Source: Candidatus Kapaibacterium sp. (GTDB taxonomy: Bacteria > Bacteroidota > Ignavibacteria > Kapaibacteriales > Kapaibacteriaceae). From it: 64,000 bases of DNA. The translations under genes were made by a program, and so were the position numbers. Shown in pieces: positions 37,688 through 47,278 of the stretch. The notes under the pieces were generated by a model. That model did not search any database, had not been told where the DNA came from, and saw only the letters and a program-made list of their open reading frames with translations. The stretch's first letter is position 1. Every line of letters begins with the position of its first letter. The stretch lies in NCBI GenBank assembly GCA_018882895.1, contig VERF01000005.1, forward strand, positions 3,378-67,377, read 5' to 3'.

Positions 37688-38445
37688 AGAAGCACGTTCT
37701 CATGGTTCTGATCCTGGCGGCCTCAGCCGCATCCGGTTTTGCGCAGGGATTCGACTGGCAACCGTCTCCGCGTCGGCCATACAAGGCTCCGCGCAACTTC
37801 ATTGGTCTGGAGCTCGGCATTGGGCGCGGGTCGCATACAGGATCGCTTCCGTATCTCGAGGTCGACGTTCCGAATGCATGCTGCACCTATGAGTCGGGTA
37901 CCAGTCTGCCAATGCGCATCGCGCTGGTCGGGGAGTCATGGATCGCCCCAACGAGAGCCCTCGGGTTTGATCTGTCGCTCCAGCTGCAGTCTGTTTCCTT
38001 TGCTGCCGCGCAGCAAGAGCTGCCTCGAGTTGGACGCGGACCACTTGTGACGCGTTATGAGTTGGATGTTAAGACATCCTATCTGGCCATCGGCGCATCG
38101 GTGCGTCAGCGGTTGGGTTCCTCGATGGTGGTGGCCTCGGCGGGTGTGCGTAGCGCCTTCCTTTTGAGTGCCTCCATGACCAATCGTGAGGTCGTGATAG
38201 GTCCAGCCGAAGATACCTTCGCCGATGGCCAGAGAGTTCTGACGCTGCCAACCGAAGGGCTGGCCGACGCGGCATCGGTGTTCATCGAGCCGAATGTCTC
38301 CATTGGCTACGACCTGCCCCTTTCCGTTGGTACTTACATCGAGCCGTCGGTGAATTTCGGCTATAGCCTGAGCACTCTCTCGTCGAGCCATTCGTGGAAG
38401 TATTTCTGGTTCGGCCTCGGTGTGCGCCTGATGAAGGGGCGGTAG
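37684..38445 (+). CDS. small outer-membrane beta-barrel protein with vicinal-Cys motif (paralogue of 1948..2772)
   Basis: Signal peptide MKKHVLMVLILAASAASGFAQ and motif NACCTYESGTS. The C-terminal YIEPSVNFGYSL...WFGLGVRLM aligns with SINPEVTYSPMF...RFGVSILF of ORF 1948..2772. ATGA overlap with the upstream cargo gene. Confidence 0.7.
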   Translation: MKKHVLMVLILAASAASGFAQGFDWQPSPRRPYKAPRNFIGLELGIGRGSHTGSLPYLEVDVPNACCTYESGTSLPMRIALVGESWIAPTRALGFDLSLQLQSVSFAAAQQELPRVGRGPLVTRYELDVKTSYLAIGASVRQRLGSSMVVASAGVRSAFLLSASMTNREVVIGPAEDTFADGQRVLTLPTEGLADAASVFIEPNVSIGYDLPLSVGTYIEPSVNFGYSLSTLSSSHSWKYFWFGLGVRLMKGR

Positions 38446-38457
38446 CCGGGTCGATAC

Positions 38458-38465
38458 TATATTTG
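38458..38465 (+). promoter_or_regulatory. candidate -7 promoter element TATATTTG for the DUF1573 gene
   Basis: Exact TAnnTTTG match, 57 nt upstream of ATG 38523. Confidence 0.4.
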
Positions 38466-38522
38466 TGGTGCGTTCGTCAACTGCGCATTGCAAAACATTC
38501 AACATCTGTCGGGGTTCTCGTC

Positions 38523-39323
38523 ATGTTCAACCGCATAGTACTCTGCTTTGCCGTCGCCCTCTTCACCACGGTAGCGGCATTTGCCCAGCCAAAGCTGGAA
38601 GTTATCGGTGGTGATACATATGATTGGGGCAAGGTTAAGCCGCCAAAAGAGGGCTACCTCGAGGCGACGATCCAGATGAAGAACACCGGCGATCGGTCAG
38701 TGCGCATCACGGAAGTCCGCCCGGGTTGCGGTTGCACAAAGACCGATCCGGATAAGTACGACCTCAAGCCCGGAGAAGTCAGCACGATGAAGGTCAAGCT
38801 TAACATCAGCCCCACACAGTCAGGATCGTTGACCAAGAGCATCACTCTCTCATGGGGAGATCTTGCCGGCAACGATGCTCTGAAGGCCTTCCGCACCGGC
38901 GGCACGCCAGTGGCCAGTGGTCTGGACACGAACATCCGCACCGGATACCTCTACCTCAAGGCAGACGTGATCCGTGAGGTGTCGTTCTTGCCTGCGATGT
39001 ACTTCTCGTTCAACGACCTCAAGGTGGGCGTGGAGGCAGTTTCAAAGGTGGAAGTTTCCAACAACTCGGACTCTGACATCACCCTTTCTGATTGGAAGAC
39101 CGACGGCGGTCTGGTTGTCAACCACACGGGACGCGTCGTGGTCAAGGCCAAGAGCAAGGTCGAGATCGTCGGCAAGATCGTCCCATCTGCCAAGGGTAAC
39201 TATAGCGGTGGTGTCAAGTTCAAGACCTCGCACCCGGACAATCCGGAGGTGGACCTGCGCGCGTACGGATTCGTTCAGGAATCCACAAGCCCCGTCTTCC
39301 AGAACGGCAACGTAAAGCCGTAA
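38523..39323 (+). CDS. DUF1573 domain protein (two Ig-like domains), secreted
   Basis: Track ORF 38394..39323. ATG 38523 gives signal peptide MFNRIVLCFAVALFTTVAAFAQ. The hallmark VRPGCGCTKTDP motif is present. KLNISPTQSG is shared with ORF 60521..61234. Confidence 0.8.
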   Translation: MFNRIVLCFAVALFTTVAAFAQPKLEVIGGDTYDWGKVKPPKEGYLEATIQMKNTGDRSVRITEVRPGCGCTKTDPDKYDLKPGEVSTMKVKLNISPTQSGSLTKSITLSWGDLAGNDALKAFRTGGTPVASGLDTNIRTGYLYLKADVIREVSFLPAMYFSFNDLKVGVEAVSKVEVSNNSDSDITLSDWKTDGGLVVNHTGRVVVKAKSKVEIVGKIVPSAKGNYSGGVKFKTSHPDNPEVDLRAYGFVQESTSPVFQNGNVKP

Positions 39324-39349
39324 ACACCTCAGAATTTTGCCCAGCAAGC

Positions 39350-39408
39350 GGGCGCTTCGTCGATTTCCATCCTCAGATGTGATTAGGCGAAGCGCCCTTC
39401 TTCTTTCT
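39350..39408 (+). terminator. possible terminator (10-bp stem, long loop, T-rich tail)
   Basis: GGGCGCTTCG (39350..39359) pairs with CGAAGCGCCC (39388..39397) and is followed by TTCTTCTTTCT. The 28-nt loop lowers confidence. Confidence 0.4.
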
Positions 39409-39428
39409 CGTACAACTTATAGTAATGC

Positions 39429-42194
39429 ATGAAGTACGTGACGGCGATCGTTGGAGCGCTTGCTCTGATTTCAGTTCATACCGCCGTTGCGCAGCGACGT
39501 CAGGCGCAGGGGGTGGTTGTCGACAGTACAACTCGATCCGGCCTCTACGGCGCAACGGTCATCATCTCCCGCATTGGCGATTCGACGGCCAGCGGGGCGA
39601 TTTCTGATAAGCGCGGACGCTTTCTGGTGCGAGGCGTGAGCGACGGCAAGAACGTCATCCGCGTCAGTTACATCGGCTATGTGTCGTTCACCGACACGAT
39701 CTCGATAGAGAGCTTGGGTGGAAAGCTCGATACCATCTTTTTGTCGCCCGGCTCGATCATCGGCGCGCCGATCATCGTTACCCAGTCGCGTCTCAGGGCC
39801 ATGCAGCGAGCTGACACTACCGAGTATGATGCTGCGGCGTTCTTGGTCAGACCCAACGCCGATGCCGATAAGCTCGTCAGGCAGCTACCCGGGGTGAGCT
39901 TCGATAACGGGAAGATTCGTGCCTTCGGTGAGGAGGTCGATAAGGTGCTTGTCGACGGACTGGAGTTCTTCGGAACCGATGCCATGAATACGCTGTCGAA
40001 TCTGCCGGCCGATATCATCGATAAGGTGCAGATCTACGACAGCAAGAGTGAGGCGGCCAAGGTAACCGGTGCCGACGAACAGTCGACCACCAAGACCATC
40101 AACATCGTTACGATGGAGAACAAACGTCAGGGCATGTTTGGCAAAGGGGCTGCCGGATACGGTCTGAAGGATCGCTATGAGGGTGGTGCCGTATACAGCC
40201 GATTTGACACCACCTACCGGATCTCGGCTTCGGCCATGACCAATAACATCAACCGGTACGACATGCCAACGACGGATGACATGGAGCAGGGTGGATCGGA
40301 ATCGGGCACCGGAGGAGAGTACATATCATTTCAGGTGATCTCGTCGGATGACTCCTACGACGAAATGACGATGACTCCGGAGCGAGGGATCACGACCACA
40401 CGATCGGCATCGATCACGGGTTCCAATCTCAAGGGGCCGCTCAAGGTGAACGCATCCTACAGCGTCAGCGACAACACCACCGAGTTAGCCACATCATTGT
40501 TTCGACAGTTCGTGACACCATCGATCAACGGGCAGATCTACCGTCAGGACAACACCACAACGAACTCGCTCACGGAGCACAAGATCCGTACACAGTTGAA
40601 GTATGACATCGACACGGCTACCCAGCTGAGTCTGCAGACCCGCATCGGACTCGAATCGACGCGCCTTGACGATCGGTTTGGCGGCATCACATCGGATGTC
40701 ACCGATACATTGAGCCGCATCTCATCGGTGACCGATGCCGAATCATCGAGGGTACGACTGAATAATTCGCTCAGCCTGAGTCATCGCTTCTCCACACCAA
40801 ACCGCTATTTGACCTTTACCGCAGATCTGTTCAATTCCGGCCGAGATGACACACGCGGATTGCGCTCTGCCGGCACAAGCGCCGCAGACTCGGTCAACCA
40901 GCTGTCGCGGCAGGACGCGCTTCGATCCTCCTTTGCTCCAAGCCTTTTGTACTCTGAGCCGCTTTCCTCAAAGGCAAGTGTTCGATTCAAGGTCGCCGGT
41001 GAGCAGAAGGCGGCCCTTGCCAATCGGCGCACGCGGGTGGACCTGGGTGGTACCGGACTTCTGGAGGATATCGATTCCACGCTTTCGAATTCGTTCGAGC
41101 AGAGACTTTCACAGTACAGCGGCGAGGCCGGCTTCTACTGGAAGGACAGTCTGTTCAAGGCCAATGCCGATCTGGAGTACCGCCGCGCTGACCTTTCGGG
41201 GGTGACGACCTTTCCATTCGACGCAAGTACGTCGCGGACGTTCACCAATCTGCTGCCATCTCTTTCGCTCTCGCTCGTTGGCGTCGAGGGGCTCTACGGA
41301 TCCGTCAGCTACAACATGGACACGCGTCTGCCAACGGTAGACCAGATGCAGGCTGTGGTTGACAATTCCAATCCGATGTTGCTGTCGGTAGGTAATCCGA
41401 CGATACGGCAGGGTCTGCTACATCGAATTTCATTCGACATCCAAGGGTCGATCCCGTCACTGGATGCCTACTTCTTTACCTTTGGCAATGTCACATACAG
41501 GAGCGATCTCATCGGAACAAGCACGGTGATCGCCGAGCGTGATACGGTCGTTGAATCGATTCCTTTGCTTCAGGGCAGGCAACTTACGCGGCCCGTCAAT
41601 CTTGAAGGGGGCTTGAGCACATTCTTGTTCGGATACTTCAGTTTGCAGATCGATACATTGCCACTGCGCGTAAGTGCGACCTACAACATCGATCGAGACG
41701 TTACGCCCGGGCTTATCAATGGCATCCTCAATGAGGCAACATCAAACAGATACTCCTTCGGATTGAGCACCAGCTACTTTCCCGGAGAGGAGTTCTGGTT
41801 TGATGCGGGTGTTGACTACAGTTTCGGTAATGTGCGCAACACGCTTGCATCCGGACTCGATAACTCGTACTCGACGATGAGCTATCGAGCCAGTCTTACA
41901 TGGACGCTTTGGAAGGGGCTTGATCTGACCGCCAATCTGAACAATCGAATCAATGGCGGACTCAGCGACGGATTTAACCAGAACATCACCCTGCTGAACA
42001 TTTCCCTGAGTCAGGCGTTGTTTGCCTCAGATCAAGGGTCCTTGGAGCTCACCGTTCGTGATGCGCTCAATCAGAATAATCAGGTGTCGCGGACATTCAA
42101 CAATGTCTTCACCGAAGACAGTCGCGCTTCGTTGCTTCAACGTGTTGTATTGCTGACATTTCGATACCGATTCCGCCACTTCGGCGAGGACTGA
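39429..42194 (+). CDS. TonB-dependent-receptor-like outer-membrane protein (CarboxypepD_reg + plug + large barrel)
   Basis: 921 aa. Signal peptide, GVVVDSTTRSGLYGATVII...RGRFLVRGV N-domain, plug-like LVRQLPGVSFDNGKIRAFGEE...VLVDGLEFFG, and barrel ending LLTFRYRFRHF. Confidence 0.8.
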   Translation: MKYVTAIVGALALISVHTAVAQRRQAQGVVVDSTTRSGLYGATVIISRIGDSTASGAISDKRGRFLVRGVSDGKNVIRVSYIGYVSFTDTISIESLGGKLDTIFLSPGSIIGAPIIVTQSRLRAMQRADTTEYDAAAFLVRPNADADKLVRQLPGVSFDNGKIRAFGEEVDKVLVDGLEFFGTDAMNTLSNLPADIIDKVQIYDSKSEAAKVTGADEQSTTKTINIVTMENKRQGMFGKGAAGYGLKDRYEGGAVYSRFDTTYRISASAMTNNINRYDMPTTDDMEQGGSESGTGGEYISFQVISSDDSYDEMTMTPERGITTTRSASITGSNLKGPLKVNASYSVSDNTTELATSLFRQFVTPSINGQIYRQDNTTTNSLTEHKIRTQLKYDIDTATQLSLQTRIGLESTRLDDRFGGITSDVTDTLSRISSVTDAESSRVRLNNSLSLSHRFSTPNRYLTFTADLFNSGRDDTRGLRSAGTSAADSVNQLSRQDALRSSFAPSLLYSEPLSSKASVRFKVAGEQKAALANRRTRVDLGGTGLLEDIDSTLSNSFEQRLSQYSGEAGFYWKDSLFKANADLEYRRADLSGVTTFPFDASTSRTFTNLLPSLSLSLVGVEGLYGSVSYNMDTRLPTVDQMQAVVDNSNPMLLSVGNPTIRQGLLHRISFDIQGSIPSLDAYFFTFGNVTYRSDLIGTSTVIAERDTVVESIPLLQGRQLTRPVNLEGGLSTFLFGYFSLQIDTLPLRVSATYNIDRDVTPGLINGILNEATSNRYSFGLSTSYFPGEEFWFDAGVDYSFGNVRNTLASGLDNSYSTMSYRASLTWTLWKGLDLTANLNNRINGGLSDGFNQNITLLNISLSQALFASDQGSLELTVRDALNQNNQVSRTFNNVFTEDSRASLLQRVVLLTFRYRFRHFGED

Positions 42195-42219
42195 TCCGAC
42201 GAGGTTTGTGTCCGGGGCG

Positions 42220-42870
42220 CTACCGTGTTCCGTGCGCCTGCGGTTCAGGTTCACCAAGGCGAACCAGCTCCGTGCAGAGTGCGCGCTCGCGCTCGTCGTT
42301 CGTGGCAAGGATCACGATCGTGCCATCGCGGCGTGCCGCATCGATGCAGCGTGACAAGGCCACGCGTCCAGACTCATCAAGCGTCACCCCCGGCTCGTCG
42401 AGAACCAGCAGCGGTGGCCGCAGCGATATCGCCAAAGCGATACAGACGCGCTGGCGCATGCCACTGGAGAAACTGCGGATGATGCGGTTTTTAGCCGATT
42501 CGAGACCGACCATTTGCAGGACTTCATCAATGCGATCTTCTTCGATTGCCGTACCGTGGAGTTGGGCATGAAGTCTAAGGTGCTCGGCCGGGTCGAACTC
42601 ATCGTAGATCTGCAGGTAGGGGGCGACCATTCCGCAGATGCGCGGCAGATCTGATTGGTGTACGCGCTGGCCATCAAGCGCAAGACTCACCGAGCCGTCG
42701 GTAGGACGAAGCAGCGCGGTGATCATCTTTACGAGCGTGGATTTGCCCGACCCGTTGCTGCCGATGATTCCAATGACCTTACCCGAACCAGCGCTGAAGG
42801 TCACGTCACTCACAACCAAGCGGCCACCATAGCGCTTGGAAAGCCCCCTGACCTCGAGCAAAGCGTTCAT
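42220..42870 (-). CDS. ABC-type ATP-binding protein with non-canonical H-loop, no adjacent permease
   Basis: Walker A GSNGSGKST, signature FSSGMRQRV, Walker B LLVLDEPGVTLD. The H-loop position reads ILATND, with Asn191 (AAC 42300..42298) where His is expected. ATGA overlap with the upstream protease gene. Confidence 0.85.
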   Translation of the reverse strand: MNALLEVRGLSKRYGGRLVVSDVTFSAGSGKVIGIIGSNGSGKSTLVKMITALLRPTDGSVSLALDGQRVHQSDLPRICGMVAPYLQIYDEFDPAEHLRLHAQLHGTAIEEDRIDEVLQMVGLESAKNRIIRSFSSGMRQRVCIALAISLRPPLLVLDEPGVTLDESGRVALSRCIDAARRDGTIVILATNDERERALCTELVRLGEPEPQAHGTR

Positions 42871-44462
42871 CGGATGAAGATCTTCTGCATCGTGGGAGGA
42901 CTCTGACGATCATCGACATACAGCAGGTAGGTTCCGGGGGCAATGTCGCGGTTGACCTCGATCTCGGCGACAACGCGCCGCTCGTAGATAGTGGTTGCAA
43001 CGGACTCCTTTGGCTGAACCGGCTGCATCGAAAGATCCAGGATCGAGATGCTCACGCTTGAGCCGATCGAAACGCCCCCGACGGGAACGTAGAGCGTGCG
43101 CGAGCCCGATCGGTCAAGTGGCTGCGGGAATGCCACGTCGGTCTCAATAAGAGCAATACCGTCAACAGCCAGACAGTAATCGGGAGTGGTTGGATGCAGG
43201 CGCACTCCCCATCCCGTGGAAGAGATCGGCACGTCTCCGGCCGTCGGCTCGGAGGTAAGACGGAACCGATATGTTTGCGGACGTTCCCGGAGCGTATCGC
43301 TGGCCAGCACGGCGCCACTGTTTGATGCCAACACCACGTCGGCCGTGGCTCGCGCGCCCGACGGAGCCGTCAGGCTGAGCTGCGTCAGGATCACAGCGAA
43401 CGGTGCGGCGCTGCGGCTGACCTCAAGTCCATCGAGCGGTATCTCACGCTTTTCGAATGGAGTGAGCTCCGGAAGCTGGCTTGCTCCGGGCAGATAAGCG
43501 TTGGAAGATCCCCGCACGCCCGTGCGACAGAGTGCCTCTACGGCCGTGCAGAAGACCTCATCGATCTCTGTTCCCGAGGCCTTGCACGCCTCGACGAGTG
43601 CGGCATATGGCGGCCTACCCTGTCCGATGCGTTCCCACATTGAGCGTAACACGTTGCCGGGCAGGGGAGCAAGCACGTTGCCGAACCAACCCCAGACGTA
43701 GCCGTTCCTGCCTGATGAGCGTGACAATGGCCATTCATGCGAGCGTTCCAGCAGAACCGTTGCATAGTATGCCCAGTCACGCACCTCTGGCCAGCAGCGC
43801 ATTTCCATCCACGTCGAGGTAAGCTCATAGAGCATTCGATGCTGAGGAACAAGCGCGTAACAGCCGTTCTGTACGGTATGGTGAAACTCATGCGCGCAGG
43901 TGATGCGCAGGGCATCGAGTCCAGTGGTCGTGAACGTTGGCCGCCCTGCTGAGGAATCAGCGGCACTATAATCGTTGTCGATTTCCATGAACGACGTCCA
44001 CTGCTCGGTCGGCGTGAGTCTGAGCAGCCGATCAGGTGTTGCCACGCCGTAGTAACCTGATGGACCGAGATCGCGCACATAGACATCCAGTGCCGCCGAG
44101 CCACCGTCGGTTCCATCGGCAGGGGGCGGCAGGTATCCGAGCGTGTCAATTTCCACGAGCCAGGCATGCTCCAGAGCCGCATGACACTCGTCGACGTAGT
44201 CCGGCAGACCATTACCCGAGAGGTCAGCCATATCCACAGCGTGCACTCCCGACGTGTCGAAATGCACGCGGAAGCGTCCGCTCTTACTATCGGCAAAAGT
44301 TTGGCAAAGTGGACGTCCACCCTGCACCGTGCCGTGCTTCAGACCAATGATGCGATCACTCTGCGACCGCTGGCCAAACCCGCATTTGTCGGGGAAGGAC
44401 TGCTGAGCACTCAGCGGGATGGAAAAGAAAAACGCGAACAGGAAAACTCCCATTCGCGACAT
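42867..44462 (-). CDS. secreted putative zinc metalloprotease (HExxH) with T9SS type-A CTD
   Basis: Track ORF extends to 44522. Met21 (44462) gives signal peptide MSRMGVFLFAFFFSIPLSAQQ. Motif ITCAHEFHHTVQ. Tail ISILDLSMQPV...GTYLLYVDDRQSPPTMQKIFIR. Confidence 0.7.
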   Translation of the reverse strand: MSRMGVFLFAFFFSIPLSAQQSFPDKCGFGQRSQSDRIIGLKHGTVQGGRPLCQTFADSKSGRFRVHFDTSGVHAVDMADLSGNGLPDYVDECHAALEHAWLVEIDTLGYLPPPADGTDGGSAALDVYVRDLGPSGYYGVATPDRLLRLTPTEQWTSFMEIDNDYSAADSSAGRPTFTTTGLDALRITCAHEFHHTVQNGCYALVPQHRMLYELTSTWMEMRCWPEVRDWAYYATVLLERSHEWPLSRSSGRNGYVWGWFGNVLAPLPGNVLRSMWERIGQGRPPYAALVEACKASGTEIDEVFCTAVEALCRTGVRGSSNAYLPGASQLPELTPFEKREIPLDGLEVSRSAAPFAVILTQLSLTAPSGARATADVVLASNSGAVLASDTLRERPQTYRFRLTSEPTAGDVPISSTGWGVRLHPTTPDYCLAVDGIALIETDVAFPQPLDRSGSRTLYVPVGGVSIGSSVSISILDLSMQPVQPKESVATTIYERRVVAEIEVNRDIAPGTYLLYVDDRQSPPTMQKIFIR

Positions 44463-44491
44463 GTTTTGACGGATCCAACGAGCCACAGCGC

Positions 44492-44914
44492 TCAGCGGAA
44501 CATTTCCTTGATCATTCCCCACGTGCGCTTGATACCGCTAACGTTGTGGACCACTCCTACGGAGTTCGAATAACTGGCATTCTTGTCGGCGGCAACGATC
44601 TTCAGGCGGTACGTGAAGTAGTTGCGTGTTACCGATTCGTTGTTGCCATCACGCTTGCCGAACGCTTCGTCGTCCGTGAACGTGTAGGCCTGATTGCTGC
44701 CCTTAGCGCTGATACTTCCTACGTAGCGGAAGACGTTATCCGATCCGGCGCGCTCTATCTCGTAAGTGGCGATATCGCTCTCGGCATTCGACTTCCACTC
44801 AAGGATGATCGAATTGCCATTCGACTTTGCTTGGAAGTACTGCAACGTCACCTGCACCGCATGTGCGGTAACTACGCAGAGTGCCAGAGCAAGGATGATG
44901 CCGAGTCGTTTCAC
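44492..44914 (-). CDS. small secreted Fn3/Ig-like protein
   Basis: Track ORF 44492..44959 starts at a GTG. An internal GTG at 44914 gives the signal peptide (M)KRLGIILALALCVVTAHA. One beta-sandwich-like domain (NSIILEWKSNAESDIATYEIER) and C-terminus RTWGMIKEMFR. Confidence 0.6.
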   Translation of the reverse strand: MKRLGIILALALCVVTAHAVQVTLQYFQAKSNGNSIILEWKSNAESDIATYEIERAGSDNVFRYVGSISAKGSNQAYTFTDDEAFGKRDGNNESVTRNYFTYRLKIVAADKNASYSNSVGVVHNVSGIKRTWGMIKEMFR

Positions 44915-44982
44915 AGTTTGCAATATACTATCGCAGGGTGATTTCCGTACTATTGCCACGGCTTTTGTAAAGGAGGTTTGAA

Positions 44983-47211
44983 GTGACCGCCGCGGTGATT
45001 CGACGGGCTATCGTTTGTTCTGTTGTTACGTGGGTCTTGGCCTCCGCGACGGGGCATTCCCAGCAGCTCGTTGGAGTGGTCAGGGGACCAGATTCGGACC
45101 GCACCATGAGCCCCCTGAAAGGGGCTTCGGTTTTTTGGAAGGGGGCTTCTTCGGGCACCCGCTCCGATGCCGAGGGTCGCTTCAGCATTGCCCGCATAAC
45201 AGGGCTCGACACGCTGATCATCCGCATGCCGGGCTATGTGTCGAGGACATTACGGCCTGAATCCGACAGTATCGAAGTGGAGATGGTGCCGACCATTGGC
45301 AGTACAGTGGTGGTAGAGGCCGAAGAGACGGGTATCACCTCGGCACCCATCAAAACCGAGGTCATCCGACGCAGTGACCTGGAAAAGGCCGCCTGTTGTT
45401 CTCTGGCAGAGTCATTCGAGAAGAATCCCTCTGTAGAGGTCTCCTTTTCCGATGCCGTCAGCGGTGCAAAGCAGATCCAAATGCTCGGCCTTCGCGGGAT
45501 CTACACGCAGTTCCTCGTCGAAGCCGTCCCGCTGATTCGCGGAATTGAGATGCCCTATGGCTTGGATCACATTCCCGGGCCATTTATGGAGTCGATCAGC
45601 ATCTCCAAGGGATCATCAACGGTCACCAACGGCTATGAATCCGTCACCGGACAGATCAACATCTGCATGCATAATCCGCAGACCGCACCGAAGCTGTACG
45701 TGAACGCCTATGCCAACACCATGCAGCGATATGAGCTGAACCTGTATGGTGCGCAGAAGATCACCGACGAACTCAGCACCATGACCATGGTGCATGGACG
45801 CGTCATGGATATGGCCATGGACAACAATGGTGACGGGTTTGCGGACATTCCGACGTTTCGACAGATCAACGCCGTGCATCGGTGGACGTTCAATAACGAT
45901 GAGATCGAATGGCAGGTCTATCTGCGTGGACTGCGCGACCGGTACGTGTCGGGTCAGAGTGTGCTCGGCCATCACGAAGACGTTCACGTGCATCCTGATT
46001 CTTCCATACGCGGATCCTATGACATCACCACCGACATCAGCCGGGTGGACGGATTTGTCAAGTTCGGAATTCTGGATCCGTTCGAGGACATGGAAGGCAG
46101 CGGTCTGTCGCTGGTCGTGTCGGGCTCATACCATGACCACGAGTCGGCCTTCGGCCTGCGTTCCACCACCGGTCTGCAGCAGACGGTGCTCATTCGTGGT
46201 GTTGCCGCATTGCCGTTCTCGGAAGCCTTCAAGCTTGTAACCGGTGCGTCCTTTCTTATGGATGATGTTGACGAGACGCTGACGGGGTCTTCGTTCACGC
46301 GTCAGGAGCGCGTACCAGGCGTCTATGCTGAGCTGACGTTGCAGCCGCATGATGACCTGACGGTGCTTGCCGGACTTCGGTACGACCACCACAATCTGTA
46401 TGGTGGGCGCGCCGTTCCGCGCGCTCACGTCAAGTGGACCACGAACTCTTATCTGACACTTCGTGCCTCTGCCGGAAGGGGCTGGCGGGTAGCCAACGTC
46501 GTCAACGAGAATCTCTCCTCCTACATCAACTCCCGCAGAGTGATATTCGAATCAGCCTTCCGTCCGGAAGACGCCTGGAACCTCGGAGCTTCGGCAACGG
46601 CAAATCTTGAGCTGATGGGGCGCCCCCTGACCCTTGATGCTGAGGCATATCATACGTCGTTCACCAATCAGATCGTCATCGACTTCGACCGGTCCGCCAG
46701 CGAGGTCCACATCAGCAATCTCACGGGAAACAGCTACGCCACCAACGTCATGATGCAGGCGATGTACTCGCCGGTCCCGCGCTTGGAGGTACTCATGGCT
46801 GCCCGGTGGGTCGACATAATCGCGCCCCTTAACGGCGTCGAACAGCAGCGCCCCATGACAAGCCGCTGGCGCCTGCTTTCAACGATATCGTATCGCACAG
46901 AGGACCAGCTCTGGCAGGCCGACGTTACGATCGCATGGAATGGAAGCGGTCGCCTGCCTGTGGTGAGCGGTTCTACAGCGCCACAGTTCCAATCAGGTGT
47001 GTTCCCTGCATGGTGGCGGATTAATGGTCAACTCACACGCCGCTTCGGCGAGTTCGAACTCTACATCGGCCTTGAGAACGCCACAAACTTCATCCAGCAA
47101 CGCCCAATCCTCGGCGCCGAGCAACCATTCGGTCCGACTTTCGACGCATCCCTTGCATGGGGCCCGTTGGACCCGAGAATGGTCTATACTGGAGTCAGGG
47201 TTAGTTACTGA
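44983..47211 (+). CDS. TonB-dependent receptor (CarboxypepD_reg + plug + barrel)
   Basis: GTG start 7 nt after AAGGAGG. VGVVRGPDSDRTMSPLKGASVFW...EGRFSIARI, plug DLEKAACCSLAESFEKNPSVEVSF..., barrel ending MVYTGVRVSY. Confidence 0.88.
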   Translation: MTAAVIRRAIVCSVVTWVLASATGHSQQLVGVVRGPDSDRTMSPLKGASVFWKGASSGTRSDAEGRFSIARITGLDTLIIRMPGYVSRTLRPESDSIEVEMVPTIGSTVVVEAEETGITSAPIKTEVIRRSDLEKAACCSLAESFEKNPSVEVSFSDAVSGAKQIQMLGLRGIYTQFLVEAVPLIRGIEMPYGLDHIPGPFMESISISKGSSTVTNGYESVTGQINICMHNPQTAPKLYVNAYANTMQRYELNLYGAQKITDELSTMTMVHGRVMDMAMDNNGDGFADIPTFRQINAVHRWTFNNDEIEWQVYLRGLRDRYVSGQSVLGHHEDVHVHPDSSIRGSYDITTDISRVDGFVKFGILDPFEDMEGSGLSLVVSGSYHDHESAFGLRSTTGLQQTVLIRGVAALPFSEAFKLVTGASFLMDDVDETLTGSSFTRQERVPGVYAELTLQPHDDLTVLAGLRYDHHNLYGGRAVPRAHVKWTTNSYLTLRASAGRGWRVANVVNENLSSYINSRRVIFESAFRPEDAWNLGASATANLELMGRPLTLDAEAYHTSFTNQIVIDFDRSASEVHISNLTGNSYATNVMMQAMYSPVPRLEVLMAARWVDIIAPLNGVEQQRPMTSRWRLLSTISYRTEDQLWQADVTIAWNGSGRLPVVSGSTAPQFQSGVFPAWWRINGQLTRRFGEFELYIGLENATNFIQQRPILGAEQPFGPTFDASLAWGPLDPRMVYTGVRVSY

Positions 47212-47240
47212 ATTACTGAATTACTGAATTACTGAATTAC
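47205..47240. repeat. octamer tandem repeat (TTACTGAA) x4.5
   Basis: Perfect units at 47205, 47213, 47221 and 47229, plus a partial TTAC. The first unit contains the TGA stop (47209..47211) of the TonB-dependent receptor. Confidence 0.95.
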
Positions 47241-47252
47241 GCCAGCATCTTC

Positions 47253-47272
47253 ATTCCCGCGGAAGCGGGAAT
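47253..47272. repeat. REP-like hairpin ATTCCCGC-GGAA-GCGGGAAT (GNRA loop)
   Basis: Perfect 8-bp stem. Related copy at 60414..60433 with a compensated stem change. Both copies share the flanks TCAT...CCATG. Confidence 0.9.
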
Positions 47273-47278
47273 CCATGG

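Noticed and set aside
39429-42194. SusC/SusD-type polysaccharide utilisation locus
   Set aside because: Neither TonB-dependent-type OMP (39429 or 44983) is followed by a SusD-like lipoprotein gene or by glycoside hydrolases.
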